Positions 29,447 through 39,469 of a stretch of 64,000 bases of DNA are shown here, piece after piece (position 1 is the stretch's first letter; each line of letters starts with the position of its first letter). The stretch comes from Candidatus Krumholzibacteriia bacterium (GTDB lineage: Bacteria > Krumholzibacteriota > Krumholzibacteriia > LZORAL124-64-63), in the NCBI GenBank assembly GCA_050174015.1, contig JBFXKG010000002.1:160001-224000 (forward strand), read 5' to 3'. The notes beneath the pieces were generated by a model. The model saw only the letters and a list, made by a program, of their open reading frames with translations. It had not been told where the DNA came from and did not search any database. A program made the translations under genes and the position numbers.

Positions 29447-29815
29447 GTGACGACGTCGGCCGGTCACCTCGTGCTCAACCTGATCAGCGACCGCGAACCC
29501 AACATCGCCAAGGCTCTGCGCTTCGGGAACAACTTCCTGGCCGCAGGCTGGGAGGTGACCCTCTCGATCAACGTGGACGCCGTGGCCTTGCTGGACCCCG
29601 GGGCCTCACTCGGACCCTGTCCGGTGACCGGGAAACCCCTGAGGACCATCCTCGAAACTTTCATGGCCGAAGGGGGCAGGGTGCTGGTCGGCTTGGAATG
29701 CCTCAAGCTCGCAGGTCTGGGGCCCGAGTGCCTGAGCGGTTCCATGGTCCCGGCCGACCGCGCGCTCTGGCAGGAGCTTTTGACCCGGCCCGGGACCGTG
29801 GTCTTCACCTATTGA
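29447..29815 (+). CDS. DsrE/DsrF-like protein
   Basis: GGAGG RBS before GTG 29447. ALRFGNN..AGWEVTL..NVDAV and GGRVLVGLEC. Confidence 0.7.
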   Translation: MTTSAGHLVLNLISDREPNIAKALRFGNNFLAAGWEVTLSINVDAVALLDPGASLGPCPVTGKPLRTILETFMAEGGRVLVGLECLKLAGLGPECLSGSMVPADRALWQELLTRPGTVVFTY

Positions 29816-31679
29816 CGGAGCCTGTCCCGGGCTCCGGCCAGCCGACGGTTCCGCCCGCATTGGCCTCCTGGAGATCCGCCTCCAGATCCCGGTAGTAATC
29901 CAGGAGAGCCTGGGCCGACGGATCCTCGCCCGTGGCCTCCCTCAGGATCCTTTGCCAGTCCGCTCCCCGTCCCTGACGCATGATGGCCAGCAGGAAGTCT
30001 CCCGCCGCCCGGTGGCCGTGGTAGTCCGCGGCGTGCACGTCCTGCTGCAGGATGCCGCGGCAGACGTAGCGGTGCAGCTGGTGGCCGACGATGATCCCCA
30101 GGGCGCGGCCCAGGAGGAGGTCGGAGTCGCCGAGAGCAGCCAGGACGGCTTCCGGCGGCGATGGCGCCGGTGGCCCGTCGGGGCCGAGCCCGGCCCGGGC
30201 CAGCAGGGCCCACCAGAGGTCTACCGGATCATTCCCCGCGTCGCCGGCCCCGCTCAGCTCCAGCAGCCAGGGTCCCCTCACCGCCAGGTCGAGGTAGAGT
30301 CCGAAGACCTCGTCGCCGGCGCCGTCCAGGAGGATGCGGTCCGCAGGCGGGACGGCCGCTCCCGCGTCGGCGCCCAGCCGCCGGTCCAGATATGCGGAAG
30401 AGCGGGCGGCCAGATCCAGGGCGACCGCAACGGCCGCCGTCATGACCCCGGCAGGGTCATCAGCCAGGACGGGAGGCCAACCCGCCCGGGTGCAGGCGGC
30501 CACGGAGTGGAGTCGTGCGACCGCCGCGTGGGTCTTGCGGTACAGGGCCAGATCCTCGATCCCGCTGGAAAGGGTCAACCTCAGGTCGTCCGGCGGCGCC
30601 ACCGGCCAGGCCCGGGCCTCGGAGATGGGCCACCCCGCGGGGACGGCGGCGACCCCGGACAGGGTGAATTCCGCGGGGAGCGGGGGCATGCCCAGGGAGA
30701 CGCACAGCTCCTCGGCGTGGGCGGCCATGTCCGCGGGCGTCAAGTCTTCCAGCTCCCGGGTGAGGACCCGGCGCCCGAGCAGGTTGGCGGGGTGATCGAG
30801 GTTCCACTCGAGCCAGGTCACCGGCAAGAGGCCGGGAACCTCTTCCTTGAAGGTCCGGGCGAGATCCCTGCGCAAGGCCGCGTGGAACTGCACGTAAAGG
30901 GGGGCCAGAGAGTCACGCAGGCCGGTGAGCAACTCCCGCGTCTCCTCGGGAGTGAGACCCAGGCCGGCCGTGACGGCATCGTCGAGGGAAGGGAATCCGA
31001 TGGCCCGTGCCGCGCTCTTCCTGGCGGAGAACAAGCTCCCGAGATCGGACGGGGCGGCCCCGCTCCCGGAGGCGAACGCTTCCCAGGCGGCCTTGCGGAG
31101 GGCGGGCTTGGTGGAGGAAGCCAGGATCATGGCCATCCCGTTGAAGTTGATGACCTCGGGCCCCCGGCCGGGGGGACGGAAATCGTGGCGGGCCAGGGCG
31201 AGGGATTCGGGCCAGGCCATCGCCGCGTCGAGGGCTTCCAGTCTGATCGAAGGCAGGACGGCCGGCCGCCGCATCGCCTCGCGGCGGATGGCCTGGATCT
31301 GGCGGTCATGCCGGTCGGAGAGCCCGCCGACGGTTGAGGCCGGCCCGAGGGACTGCAGGACGGTCCGGCTGCCGCAGTAGGCGTCGAGGACGAACTGCGA
31401 ATCGGAGGCGGCCTCCCTCAGGCTCCGGCCGCCCTCCACGGCCGCACGGAAACCCGTCCGCAGGGAGGCCGACTTCAGCGCCTGGAAGACGGCGTTGAAG
31501 TCCGCCAGGAAGGAATCCACCCGGGCCGTCGCCATCCCCCCGGAAGGGAGCTCCGCCGGCGGGGATTCCGGATCCCCGGGTTGCAGGACCGCATTGGGAT
31601 CATATTCGAGAAAGAAGACCGCCATCAGGGCCGCCGCGAGCAGCAGCATGACCAGACCGGCGGCGGAGCGGGAGTTCAT
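29805..31679 (-). CDS. Peptidase M2 (ACE / peptidyl-dipeptidase A)-like protein, apparently lacking zinc ligands
   Basis: N-terminal TM. The C-terminal HQLH..C..IL.QD.HAADYHG..AAGDFL...DWQRIL.EATGE..SAQALLDYY..L...L.EAN.G..VGW resembles the M2 C-terminus. No HExxH found. Confidence 0.65.
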   Translation of the reverse strand: MNSRSAAGLVMLLLAAALMAVFFLEYDPNAVLQPGDPESPPAELPSGGMATARVDSFLADFNAVFQALKSASLRTGFRAAVEGGRSLREAASDSQFVLDAYCGSRTVLQSLGPASTVGGLSDRHDRQIQAIRREAMRRPAVLPSIRLEALDAAMAWPESLALARHDFRPPGRGPEVINFNGMAMILASSTKPALRKAAWEAFASGSGAAPSDLGSLFSARKSAARAIGFPSLDDAVTAGLGLTPEETRELLTGLRDSLAPLYVQFHAALRRDLARTFKEEVPGLLPVTWLEWNLDHPANLLGRRVLTRELEDLTPADMAAHAEELCVSLGMPPLPAEFTLSGVAAVPAGWPISEARAWPVAPPDDLRLTLSSGIEDLALYRKTHAAVARLHSVAACTRAGWPPVLADDPAGVMTAAVAVALDLAARSSAYLDRRLGADAGAAVPPADRILLDGAGDEVFGLYLDLAVRGPWLLELSGAGDAGNDPVDLWWALLARAGLGPDGPPAPSPPEAVLAALGDSDLLLGRALGIIVGHQLHRYVCRGILQQDVHAADYHGHRAAGDFLLAIMRQGRGADWQRILREATGEDPSAQALLDYYRDLEADLQEANAGGTVGWPEPGTGSVNR

Positions 31680-31822
31680 CGGCGGATTCCTCGTACGCTG
31701 CGGGACTACCGGACATCGCTGCCAGCACTTTGCCACACGTCGGGCCGGGTGGAAAGAGGGGACTTGACCGGGCCTGCCGGGGGAGCTTGAATGACGGCAG
31801 CCGGTCCACCAGGAGGAATGCC

Positions 31823-31990
31823 GTGCCCACGTCGCCCCGCCCCCCCGCCGAAGGATCGCCCCCCGAGCGACCCGGGCCCCTGTTCCGCCGGCCGGAACAT
31901 CGGCCCAGATCCCTGGCGCCCTGGCTTGCCGCCCTTTTCGCCGTGGTGGCCCTGGCCCTCGCTCTGCCCTATCTCGCCCGCTGGTTCTGA
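31823..31990 (+). CDS. Small (55 aa) protein with C-terminal TM helix
   Basis: AGGAGG at 31811-31816 before GTG 31823. Pro-rich N-terminus, then WLAALFAVVALALALPYLARWF. Confidence 0.5.
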   Translation: MPTSPRPPAEGSPPERPGPLFRRPEHRPRSLAPWLAALFAVVALALALPYLARWF

Positions 31991-32096
31991 TCCGGGTAGC
32001 GCCCCCCGTTCCCGCGTCCGGCCGGGGGGTGGCGGTTCGGCGATTCTCCATTATATTTGTTTTAACGATTAACGGTGCAACATCAAAGGAGGCGAC

Positions 32097-32795
32097 ATGA
32101 TCAAGCTCCGCCGATCCGCCGACAGGGGCCGCTTCGATCACGGCTGGCTGCAGACCCGGCACACCTTTTCCTTCGGAGCGTACGTGGATCCCGAGCACAT
32201 GGGATTCCGGGATCTGCGCGTCATCAACCAGGACGTCATCCAGCCGGGCCGGGGGTTCGGAAGCCACCCCCACCGGGACATGGAGATCCTGACCTACGTC
32301 ACCGACGGGGCCCTCGAACATCGCGACAGCCTGGGCAACGGCTCGGTGATCCGGCCGGGAGAGGTCCAGGTCATGAGCGCCGGCCGGGGAGTGACCCACA
32401 GCGAGTTCAATCCGGATCCGGATCGACCCGCGGGTCTCCTCCAGATCTGGGTCCTGCCGGCGGTGAAGGGTGTCCAGCCGCGCTACGACCAGAAGGCTTT
32501 CGCGGCCTTGGCCGAGCCGGGCGCCCTCGTCCAGCTGGCCTCGCCCGACGGGGCCGGCGGATCCCTGGTCTGGGGCCAGGACGTCAGGCTCTGGGGCGGC
32601 AGGCTGGCGGGCGGTCAAACGTTGAGCGTTCCCGTCGATCCGGCCCGCCATGCGTGGGTGCAGGTGGTGGCCGGAGCCCTCCGCCTGGACGACCTTGTGC
32701 TGGAGGCCGGTGACGGCGCGGCGGTGTCCGGCCGGGCCGGCCTGGGGTTCGCGGTGGAAAAAGACGCCGAAATCCTCTTCTTCGATCTCAAGTAG
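32097..32795 (+). CDS. Pirin-family protein (YhhW-like)
   Basis: HGWL..HTFSF, HPHRDMEI, MSAGRGVTHSE and LLQIW. Confidence 0.93.
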   Translation: MIKLRRSADRGRFDHGWLQTRHTFSFGAYVDPEHMGFRDLRVINQDVIQPGRGFGSHPHRDMEILTYVTDGALEHRDSLGNGSVIRPGEVQVMSAGRGVTHSEFNPDPDRPAGLLQIWVLPAVKGVQPRYDQKAFAALAEPGALVQLASPDGAGGSLVWGQDVRLWGGRLAGGQTLSVPVDPARHAWVQVVAGALRLDDLVLEAGDGAAVSGRAGLGFAVEKDAEILFFDLK

Positions 32796-32808
32796 CCGGG
32801 AGGAACCC

Positions 32809-33438
32809 ATGGACGACCCGAGGAAAGAAGACCGGCGGGCCCCCGCCGACCATCCCATCCACGAGCTCATCCGCGGACGCTGGAGCCCTTACGCCTTCGC
32901 CCCCGAGGGCGTCCCGGTCGCCGACCTGCTCGGTCTCTTCGAGGCTGCGCGCTGGGCGCCCTCGTCCTTCAACGAGCAGCCCTGGCGCTACCTGGCGGCC
33001 AGGCGGGAGGACGGTACTTCCTTCGGGAAGCTGCTCGGGTGCCTGATGGAGCCCAACCGGGTCTGGGCGCAGCACGCGGGGGTCCTCGTGCTCACCGTGG
33101 CCCGGACGACCTTGACCCGCAACGGCAAGCCCAACGGCAAGGCCCTGCACGACGTCGGGCTCGCCTCGGCCCAGCTGACCGTCGAGGCGGCCGCCCGCGG
33201 GCTGGCCGTCCACCAGATGGGCGGCATCCTCCCGGACCGGGCGCGCGAGGAATTCGGCATCCCCGCGGATTTCGAGCCCGTGACGGCGCTTGCCATCGGC
33301 CGCCCTGGCGATCCCGGGATCCTGCCGGAGTCCCTGCGGGAGCGGGACGGGGAGCCGCGGGTGCGCCGGGCCCTGGAAGGGACGGTCTTCGGTCCGGTCT
33401 GGGGCGAACCTGCGCCCTTCCTGGAGGAGTCCAAATAG
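32809..33438 (+). CDS. Nitroreductase family protein
   Basis: RWSPYAF, EAARWAPSSFNEQPW and HQMGG. GGAGG RBS before ATG 32809. Confidence 0.9.
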   Translation: MDDPRKEDRRAPADHPIHELIRGRWSPYAFAPEGVPVADLLGLFEAARWAPSSFNEQPWRYLAARREDGTSFGKLLGCLMEPNRVWAQHAGVLVLTVARTTLTRNGKPNGKALHDVGLASAQLTVEAAARGLAVHQMGGILPDRAREEFGIPADFEPVTALAIGRPGDPGILPESLRERDGEPRVRRALEGTVFGPVWGEPAPFLEESK

Positions 33439-33466
33439 AAAAAATTATAATATATCAACAATACTC

Positions 33467-33495
33467 TTGACGGCGTCGCCATCTTCTGATAGAAT
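33467..33495 (+). promoter_or_regulatory. Sigma70 promoter with extended -10
   Basis: TTGACG-N17-TAGAAT with TG at the extended -10 position and an AT-rich tract upstream. Confidence 0.75.
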
Positions 33496-33553
33496 GTTTT
33501 CATCGGGAGTTCGAGGAACTCGCCTGGCTCCACCCCAGGCAAGGAGGTACGCC

Positions 33554-33988
33554 ATGAAGTTCCCGGTCCTCATCATCCTGCTTGTGGCCGTTCCGGCCCT
33601 GTGCGTCCCCGTCTTCGCGGAAGAGTACGTGAACGGTCCCCGGGAAGTGGTCATGGACCATCCCGGTCAGGATCTGCCGTCCAGCTTGCCTTTCGCCGTG
33701 TTGACCTTGTCCTCCATCCACGAGGAAATCCGTGTGGTTAAGGAGAAGACGGCCGAAGAGGTCCAGCAGCTGCTGGGCCGCCTGGCGTCCGCAACCACCG
33801 AGGAGGAGGCCGTCGCCCTGGTGCGGCGGATCGAGCAGGTCGAATTCGACCAGACCCTCTCCATCCTGAAGATCCAGATCAAGCACGCCCGCAAGGCCGG
33901 GCAGTTCGAACTGGTGCGCCGGCTCGAGAAGGAGGTGGGAGCCATGCTGGAGAACCGGATCCAGGTGGCTGCCTCCGAGGTCCGCTAG
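33554..33988 (+). CDS. Hypothetical secreted helical protein
   Basis: AAGGAGG RBS, signal peptide (..VPVFA-EE), amphipathic helical remainder. Confidence 0.7.
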   Translation: MKFPVLIILLVAVPALCVPVFAEEYVNGPREVVMDHPGQDLPSSLPFAVLTLSSIHEEIRVVKEKTAEEVQQLLGRLASATTEEEAVALVRRIEQVEFDQTLSILKIQIKHARKAGQFELVRRLEKEVGAMLENRIQVAASEVR

Positions 33989-34006
33989 CCGGCCGCAGGC
34001 AAACAG

Positions 34007-34036
34007 CGAAGGGCGGGTCTGATGACCCGCCCTTCG
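34007..34036. terminator. 13-bp hairpin between convergent genes
   Basis: cgaagggcgggtc-tgat-gacccgcccttcg, followed by ctgttt on the minus strand. Confidence 0.7.
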
Positions 34037-34051
34037 TGCCGTGCGCCCGGT

Positions 34052-34900
34052 TCAGGAAGCGACGAATTCCAGCTTCTCGACCGCGGGAATGATCCCGGCC
34101 GCGTGGCCGCGGTCCAGCAGTTCCCTGATGGCCGCGCGGCCCCGGTCCCCGTAGTCCAGCGTCCAGTCGTTCACGTACATCCCCACGAACTCGTCGGCCA
34201 GTTCGACGCCCATGTCGCGGGCCCAGCCCAGGGCGTAGTCCAGGGCGGCGGCCCGGTTCTCCAGGCTGTACCGGATGCTCGCGGTGAGGATGTCGCTGAT
34301 GTCCTTCATCTTGTCGCCGTGCTTCTTGTGGATGGCGTTGCCGCCCAGGGGCAGGGGCCAGTCGCGATGACCGGTGGCTTCCCACCACCAGGTCCCGAGG
34401 TCGAGGCAGTCGTGGAGGCCCGCTTCCCGATAGGTGAGCTGTCCCTCGTGGATGATGAGCCCGGCGGGGAACTCGCCGGAGGCCACCTTCTCGATGATCC
34501 GGTCGAAGGGGACGACCACGGGCTCGAAGTCCCCGATGGCGAGCTTCAGCTCCAGGTAGGCCGAGGTCATCAGGCCGGGCACGGCGATGGTGGAACCCTT
34601 CAGGTCGGCCGGGGCGATGGGGTGCGGGGCGACCACCATGGGACCGTAGCCGAAGCCCATGCTGGCCCCGGCGGGAAGCAGGGCGTACTTGTCCAGCACG
34701 TAGGCGTAGGCGTGGATGCTGATGGCCGTGATGTCCAGCTCGCCCCGGGTGGCCCGCTCGTTGAGGGTCTGGATGTCCTGAAGGACGTGGGTGAACCGGT
34801 ACGGGCCGGTCTCGATCTTGTCCCTGGCCAGGGCGTAGAACATGAAGGCGTCGTCGGGATCGGGGCTGTGGCCCAGGGTCAGTTCGATGGTTCCGGACAT
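34052..34900 (-). CDS. mqnD: 1,4-dihydroxy-6-naphthoate synthase (futalosine menaquinone pathway)
   Basis: LGHSPDPDDAFMFYAL, DIQTLN, GYGP, IHEGQLTY, DLG.WW, PLPLGG and MYVN. Confidence 0.88.
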   Translation of the reverse strand: MSGTIELTLGHSPDPDDAFMFYALARDKIETGPYRFTHVLQDIQTLNERATRGELDITAISIHAYAYVLDKYALLPAGASMGFGYGPMVVAPHPIAPADLKGSTIAVPGLMTSAYLELKLAIGDFEPVVVPFDRIIEKVASGEFPAGLIIHEGQLTYREAGLHDCLDLGTWWWEATGHRDWPLPLGGNAIHKKHGDKMKDISDILTASIRYSLENRAAALDYALGWARDMGVELADEFVGMYVNDWTLDYGDRGRAAIRELLDRGHAAGIIPAVEKLEFVAS

Positions 34901-34913
34901 GGATCCTCCTTGG

Positions 34914-35984
34914 TCAACGGCGCCTCTTCAGGGACGCGACGAGCAGAGCGATCAACAGGACGAGGGCCCCGAGCAGCAGCAGGCGGGTCGAGCCGCCGGC
35001 GCCGGAGGGGGCCTGGTCGGCCTCCTCCGGCGAGGGCCCCGCGGCCCCCGAATCGGCCTGGGCGAAGATCTCGCCCTCGGGCCCCTGGATATGTTCGCCT
35101 CCCATGAGCGTCATGGCAAATACCTGGTTCGCCTCCAGGGCGGGTCCGGTGTGCCGGCTGTAGCCCGCGGCGTCCTGGTAGTTGTCCGATTCCAGACCGA
35201 TGCCCCGGACCTCGAGCCACGAGGGCGTGGACAGGATGCTCCAGGCGGCGATGGGCAGGTCGGAGCCCATTTCCAGGGCCATGCCTTCCTGCCAGGGCAC
35301 CACCGCCGTCACGCGCACGCTGTTGTTGCCCCAGACCAGGGGAACGTCGAGCCCCAGTTTCCCCGGGGCCGCCACCTGGAAGGGGACGGGGGTGGGAAGG
35401 AGCCCGCGCCGGTACTCCGCGGTGATGTCCTCGGCGCCGACGGGCAGGGCGAGGACCACGGTTCCTTCGGGGTCATGGACGGTCAGCTGCGGACCGGTGG
35501 CGTTCTCGATCTGCAGCAGGTATTCCAGGCGCAGGACGGTGTCCTGCCGCTGCAGGACGAGGTTGAGCCCCTTGACGGTCACGGCGGACTTGGCGGGCGT
35601 GGTGTCGAAGACGTGCAGGGTGTGGACGCCCTCGGCCAGATCCCGGCCCCGGAAGCTGAAGTAATAGGGGACGTCGCGCCACCAGGCCGTCACCACGTAC
35701 TGCGCGCCTGCGATCAGCGGAACCGACTCCACGGTGATGATCGAGTCGGCGGGTCGGATGTCGGTGATGACCACGGCCGTCTCGGCCAGGTACTCGATGG
35801 TCAGGCGCTCGCAGTTGCCGGCCTGGCCGGTGGTGGCGTTCATGATCTCGAACCGCACGTCCTCGGGGAAACCGTCGAGGGTCTGGGCGCCGACCGCCGC
35901 GGGCAGGAATCCCGCTGCGCCGGCAAGGAGCAGCCAGGATGCAATGATCGCGGAACGGCCGGTCCGGTGGCATCCTTTTCGCAT
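34914..35984 (-). CDS. Hypothetical exported protein with C-terminal TM anchor and basic tail
   Basis: Signal peptide, beta-rich body, low-complexity linker, then LLLLGALVLLIALLVASLKRRR. Start at ATG 35984 is approximate. Confidence 0.65.
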   Translation of the reverse strand: MRKGCHRTGRSAIIASWLLLAGAAGFLPAAVGAQTLDGFPEDVRFEIMNATTGQAGNCERLTIEYLAETAVVITDIRPADSIITVESVPLIAGAQYVVTAWWRDVPYYFSFRGRDLAEGVHTLHVFDTTPAKSAVTVKGLNLVLQRQDTVLRLEYLLQIENATGPQLTVHDPEGTVVLALPVGAEDITAEYRRGLLPTPVPFQVAAPGKLGLDVPLVWGNNSVRVTAVVPWQEGMALEMGSDLPIAAWSILSTPSWLEVRGIGLESDNYQDAAGYSRHTGPALEANQVFAMTLMGGEHIQGPEGEIFAQADSGAAGPSPEEADQAPSGAGGSTRLLLLGALVLLIALLVASLKRRR

Positions 35985-36099
35985 GGAATCTCCTGTCCGC
36001 TTGAGTTCACCCGGGACTTCCGATACATTCCCGCAGAGTATAGGGCCCTGGGCCGCCGAATCAACGTCGCGCTGGGCATGCCGCCCCGAAAGGTTGATC

Positions 36100-37179
36100 A
36101 TGATATCGCAACCGGCCGTCCTGTCACGCAATTCCCGTACCCGGTACGCCGTCCTGGCGGCGCTCCTGGTGTTCGGGGCCGGCAGCCTGCGGGCGGATAC
36201 GGCCTGGGAGACCTGGTCGTCCGACACCTTCACCCTGCAACCGCGCGAGACCTTCCAGTTCCGCGTGGGGTTCGCCGACATCCAGGTGCGCAGCTGGAAG
36301 CTGGTCGTGGACGGGGGGCTGAACCGGTGCGATCTGAGCGTCCTGCGGGTCAAGGGCGAGTCCCTGATCTACTACCAGACCGACGAGTCCCGGCACGAGG
36401 CCGTCATCCCCTGGGGCGAGGGCGAGGAGATCATCGTCGTGATGACCAACCGGCAGCACCAGGCCACCTTCGCGGTGAACCTGCTGGGGCCGCCCCGGGA
36501 CCAGGTCCACGCCGCCTATTCCTACCACGTCAACCGGGCCCTCGAAGCCTTCGCTTCGGGGCGCCGGCTCGACGCCGAGGAGGAGTGCGAACGGGCGCTG
36601 AAGGAGGATCCGGCCGACGGGGTCGCCAAGGTGCTGCTGGCGGGATTCCTGCGCGACCGCAACTTCTACACCCGGGCCTCAACCTACATCGAGGGCGCGC
36701 TGGAGGAGGATCTGCCCCCGGAGATGCGCACCCTGGCCGAGGGGCTGGCGGCCGAGTTGGAACTGCTGCGCGCCCCGCTGCCCCAGCCGGTGGCGGACCA
36801 GGTGGCCCGGGCCGAGGAACTGCTCGGCAAGGGACAGGCCCAGCAGGCCCTGGACATCTGCCGCGAGCTGGCCGAGGACCACGCCGACCTGCCCAGCCAG
36901 GCCCGCAGCCGCATCGAGATGCTGCGGGGACAGGCCCTGGACGGAGTGGGCCGGGATTTCGAGGCCGTGGACTCGTTCACCCAGGCCCTGAGCTTCAGCC
37001 GCAACCGGAACGCCGACGCGGTCATCTACTTCCACATGGGCCGGCTCTTCCTGAAGATGGACAATCTGGTCCAGGCCCAGGGATCGTACACCATCGCCCT
37101 GCAATACGGCCTGCCCAGCGGCCTGGACGTCCAGGCCCGCGAGGCCCTGGTGACCATCGGCAACCGGCTCGGCAAGTAG
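36100..37179 (+). CDS. Exported protein with TPR repeats
   Basis: Signal-like segment, N-terminal beta domain, TPR-like helices ([23 protein letters not shown]). Confidence 0.7.
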   Translation: MISQPAVLSRNSRTRYAVLAALLVFGAGSLRADTAWETWSSDTFTLQPRETFQFRVGFADIQVRSWKLVVDGGLNRCDLSVLRVKGESLIYYQTDESRHEAVIPWGEGEEIIVVMTNRQHQATFAVNLLGPPRDQVHAAYSYHVNRALEAFASGRRLDAEEECERALKEDPADGVAKVLLAGFLRDRNFYTRASTYIEGALEEDLPPEMRTLAEGLAAELELLRAPLPQPVADQVARAEELLGKGQAQQALDICRELAEDHADLPSQARSRIEMLRGQALDGVGRDFEAVDSFTQALSFSRNRNADAVIYFHMGRLFLKMDNLVQAQGSYTIALQYGLPSGLDVQAREALVTIGNRLGK

Positions 37180-37199
37180 CGGGAACCAGCAAAGCGAGG

Positions 37200-38303
37200 A
37201 TGCCGACCGTGATCGTCCGGACCGACTGCTTCCACTTCCGGGGCCACGTGCCCTGCACCCCCCACAAGCTGCGGGGCGTGCACTGCGAGGGGTGCCCCGA
37301 GTTCCGGCCCCGCCGGGGACGCATCCTGATCATCAAGCTGGGCGCCGCCGGCGACGTCATCCGCACGACACCCCTGCTGACCCCCCTGCGGCGGGACTTT
37401 CCCGACCATGCCCTGAGCTGGGTGACCGATTTTCCCGAACTGCTGCCGGCGTTGGTGGACGATCCCCTGAAGCTCGGTCACGAGACGATCCTCTGGTTGC
37501 GCCGGACCCGGTTCGATCTGGTGATCAACCTGGACAAGGACCGCCAGGCCTGCGCCCTGGCGCGCGAGGTGCAGGCGGACCGCCTCTGGGGATTCACCCT
37601 GGGGGACGACGGGCTCTGCCGGCCGGCGACCGAGGGCGTGACGGCGGCCCAGGTCCAGGCGGCGCAGGACAAGTTCCTGACCGGGCTGTTCGACGACGTG
37701 AACCGGGCCTGCACGTCGAGCTATCCCCAGGAGATCTTCGCCATCTGCGGCTACGAATTCCAGGGCGAGGAATACGTCCTGGACCGTTCTCGGGAACCCC
37801 GGGATTTCGACCTGCCGGCCGGCAGCAGGATCGTCGGCCTCAACACCGGGTGCGGGGGGCGCTGGACCAGCCGTCTGTGGCCGGAGGAGTCCTGGGCGGA
37901 ACTTGCCTGCGACCTGCAGGACCAGGGCTACGCGGTGGTGCTGCTGGGCGGGCCGGAGGAAGACCCGAAGAACCGGCGGCTGGCCGCCCGGACCGGGGCC
38001 TCTTATCCCGGCCACTTCGACCTGAGGACCTTCGTGGGGCTGGTGGACCGCTGCGACCTGGTGGTCACGGCCGTGACGATGGCCATGCACGTCGCCCTGG
38101 GACTGGGCAAGAAGCTGGTCCTTTTCAACAACATCTTCAATCCGAACGAATTCGAACTGTACGGGAGGGGACGGATCGTCGCGCCGGAAAAACCGTGCAC
38201 CTGCTTCTTCCAGCCGCGCTGCACCAGCGACCGCTTCTGCATGGAGACCCTGCGTCCGGCGGCCGTCCTGGCGGCGGTGGGCGACCTCCTGGGTTCACGA
38301 TGA
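37200..38303 (+). CDS. Glycosyltransferase family 9 (heptosyltransferase-like)
   Basis: [36 protein letters not shown] and [10 protein letters not shown]. Confidence 0.88.
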   Translation: MPTVIVRTDCFHFRGHVPCTPHKLRGVHCEGCPEFRPRRGRILIIKLGAAGDVIRTTPLLTPLRRDFPDHALSWVTDFPELLPALVDDPLKLGHETILWLRRTRFDLVINLDKDRQACALAREVQADRLWGFTLGDDGLCRPATEGVTAAQVQAAQDKFLTGLFDDVNRACTSSYPQEIFAICGYEFQGEEYVLDRSREPRDFDLPAGSRIVGLNTGCGGRWTSRLWPEESWAELACDLQDQGYAVVLLGGPEEDPKNRRLAARTGASYPGHFDLRTFVGLVDRCDLVVTAVTMAMHVALGLGKKLVLFNNIFNPNEFELYGRGRIVAPEKPCTCFFQPRCTSDRFCMETLRPAAVLAAVGDLLGSR

Positions 38304-39469
38304 AGCTGGCCTTCCTGGGTCCGGCTCCGCCTTTCCGGGGGGGCATCGTCACCTACTACGGCATGCTGGCGCGGGCCCTGAAGGCCCGGGGCCACGAGGT
38401 GTTCTGGGCCTCCTTCCGCAAGCAGTACCCCCGCTTCCTCTTTCCCGGCACGGAGCAGGAAGGGCGGACCGCCGCGTGGCTGGACCACCCCGACCATCCC
38501 CGGTTCGTCGCCTGGTCGCCCTGGAGCTGGTGGCGCACCTATCGCGACCTGAAGCGGGCGTCCCCCCGCGCCCTGGTGATCAAGTACTGGATCCCGTTCT
38601 TCGCGCCGGGCTTCTTCGCGGTGACCTGGCTGCTCCGTCGCAACACCGCCGTGCGCGTGGTCTACCTGCTGGACAACGTCATCCCCCACGAGAAGTACCC
38701 GCTGGGGATGTTCCTGACCCGGCTGGCCCTGAGGCAGGGGCACGGCTACATCGCCCAGAGTTCCCAGGTGCGACGGGACCTGTTCACCGCGCTGCCGGGA
38801 ACCGATCCGGCGGCGGTGGTGGATGCGCCCCATCCGGTCTATGATTTCGGGGAGCCGGGACGGCCGCGCAAGACCAGGGCCGAAGCGCGGCAGGCCCTGG
38901 GTCTCGAGGGGGCCGCGCACCTGGTCCTGTTCTTCGGGTTCATCAAGCCCTACAAGGGCGTGATCCACCTGATCGACGCGGCCGGTCCCCTGCGGCGGGA
39001 GTTCGGCCGGGATCTCGAGATCCTCATCGTCGGCGACGTCTACGGCGAGAAGCAGCCCTACCTGGACCGGATCGCCGCCTCGGGGGGGGGCGACGTCGTC
39101 CGCCTGGTCGACGGCTTCGTGCCGGACGAGATCGTCGAGGACTACTTCGTGGCTGCCGACCTCGTGGTGCTGCCCTACGTCTCGGCGACGCAGAGCGGCA
39201 TCGTCCAGATCGCCTACAACTACGACCTGCCCGTGGTGACGACCAGTGTCGGGGGCTTGCCCGAAGTGGTCGAGGACGGGCGGACGGGGTTCCTGGTTCC
39301 GCCGGGCGACCCGGCGGCCCTGGCCGCCGCCGTCACGCGGTTCTTTCGCGAGGAGAAGGCCGCCGCATTCGCCGGGGCCGTGGCGGCGCAGAAGAAGAAG
39401 TATTCCTGGGACGCCATGGCCGAGGCCATCGAAGGCCTCGCGGGCGGGGACCGGGAGGAAGGCCGATGA
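38300..39469 (+). CDS. Glycosyltransferase family 4
   Basis: [30 protein letters not shown] and [12 protein letters not shown] overlap. Confidence 0.9.
   Translation: MKLAFLGPAPPFRGGIVTYYGMLARALKARGHEVFWASFRKQYPRFLFPGTEQEGRTAAWLDHPDHPRFVAWSPWSWWRTYRDLKRASPRALVIKYWIPFFAPGFFAVTWLLRRNTAVRVVYLLDNVIPHEKYPLGMFLTRLALRQGHGYIAQSSQVRRDLFTALPGTDPAAVVDAPHPVYDFGEPGRPRKTRAEARQALGLEGAAHLVLFFGFIKPYKGVIHLIDAAGPLRREFGRDLEILIVGDVYGEKQPYLDRIAASGGGDVVRLVDGFVPDEIVEDYFVAADLVVLPYVSATQSGIVQIAYNYDLPVVTTSVGGLPEVVEDGRTGFLVPPGDPAALAAAVTRFFREEKAAAFAGAVAAQKKKYSWDAMAEAIEGLAGGDREEGR

Noticed and set aside
34842..38303. 1153-aa ORF as one giant protein (similarly 29805-32870, 41324-43984, 37292-39469, 5348-7444)
   Set aside because: Only the C-terminal parts are real genes with their own starts. 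The upstream parts are open by chance and overlap other genes.
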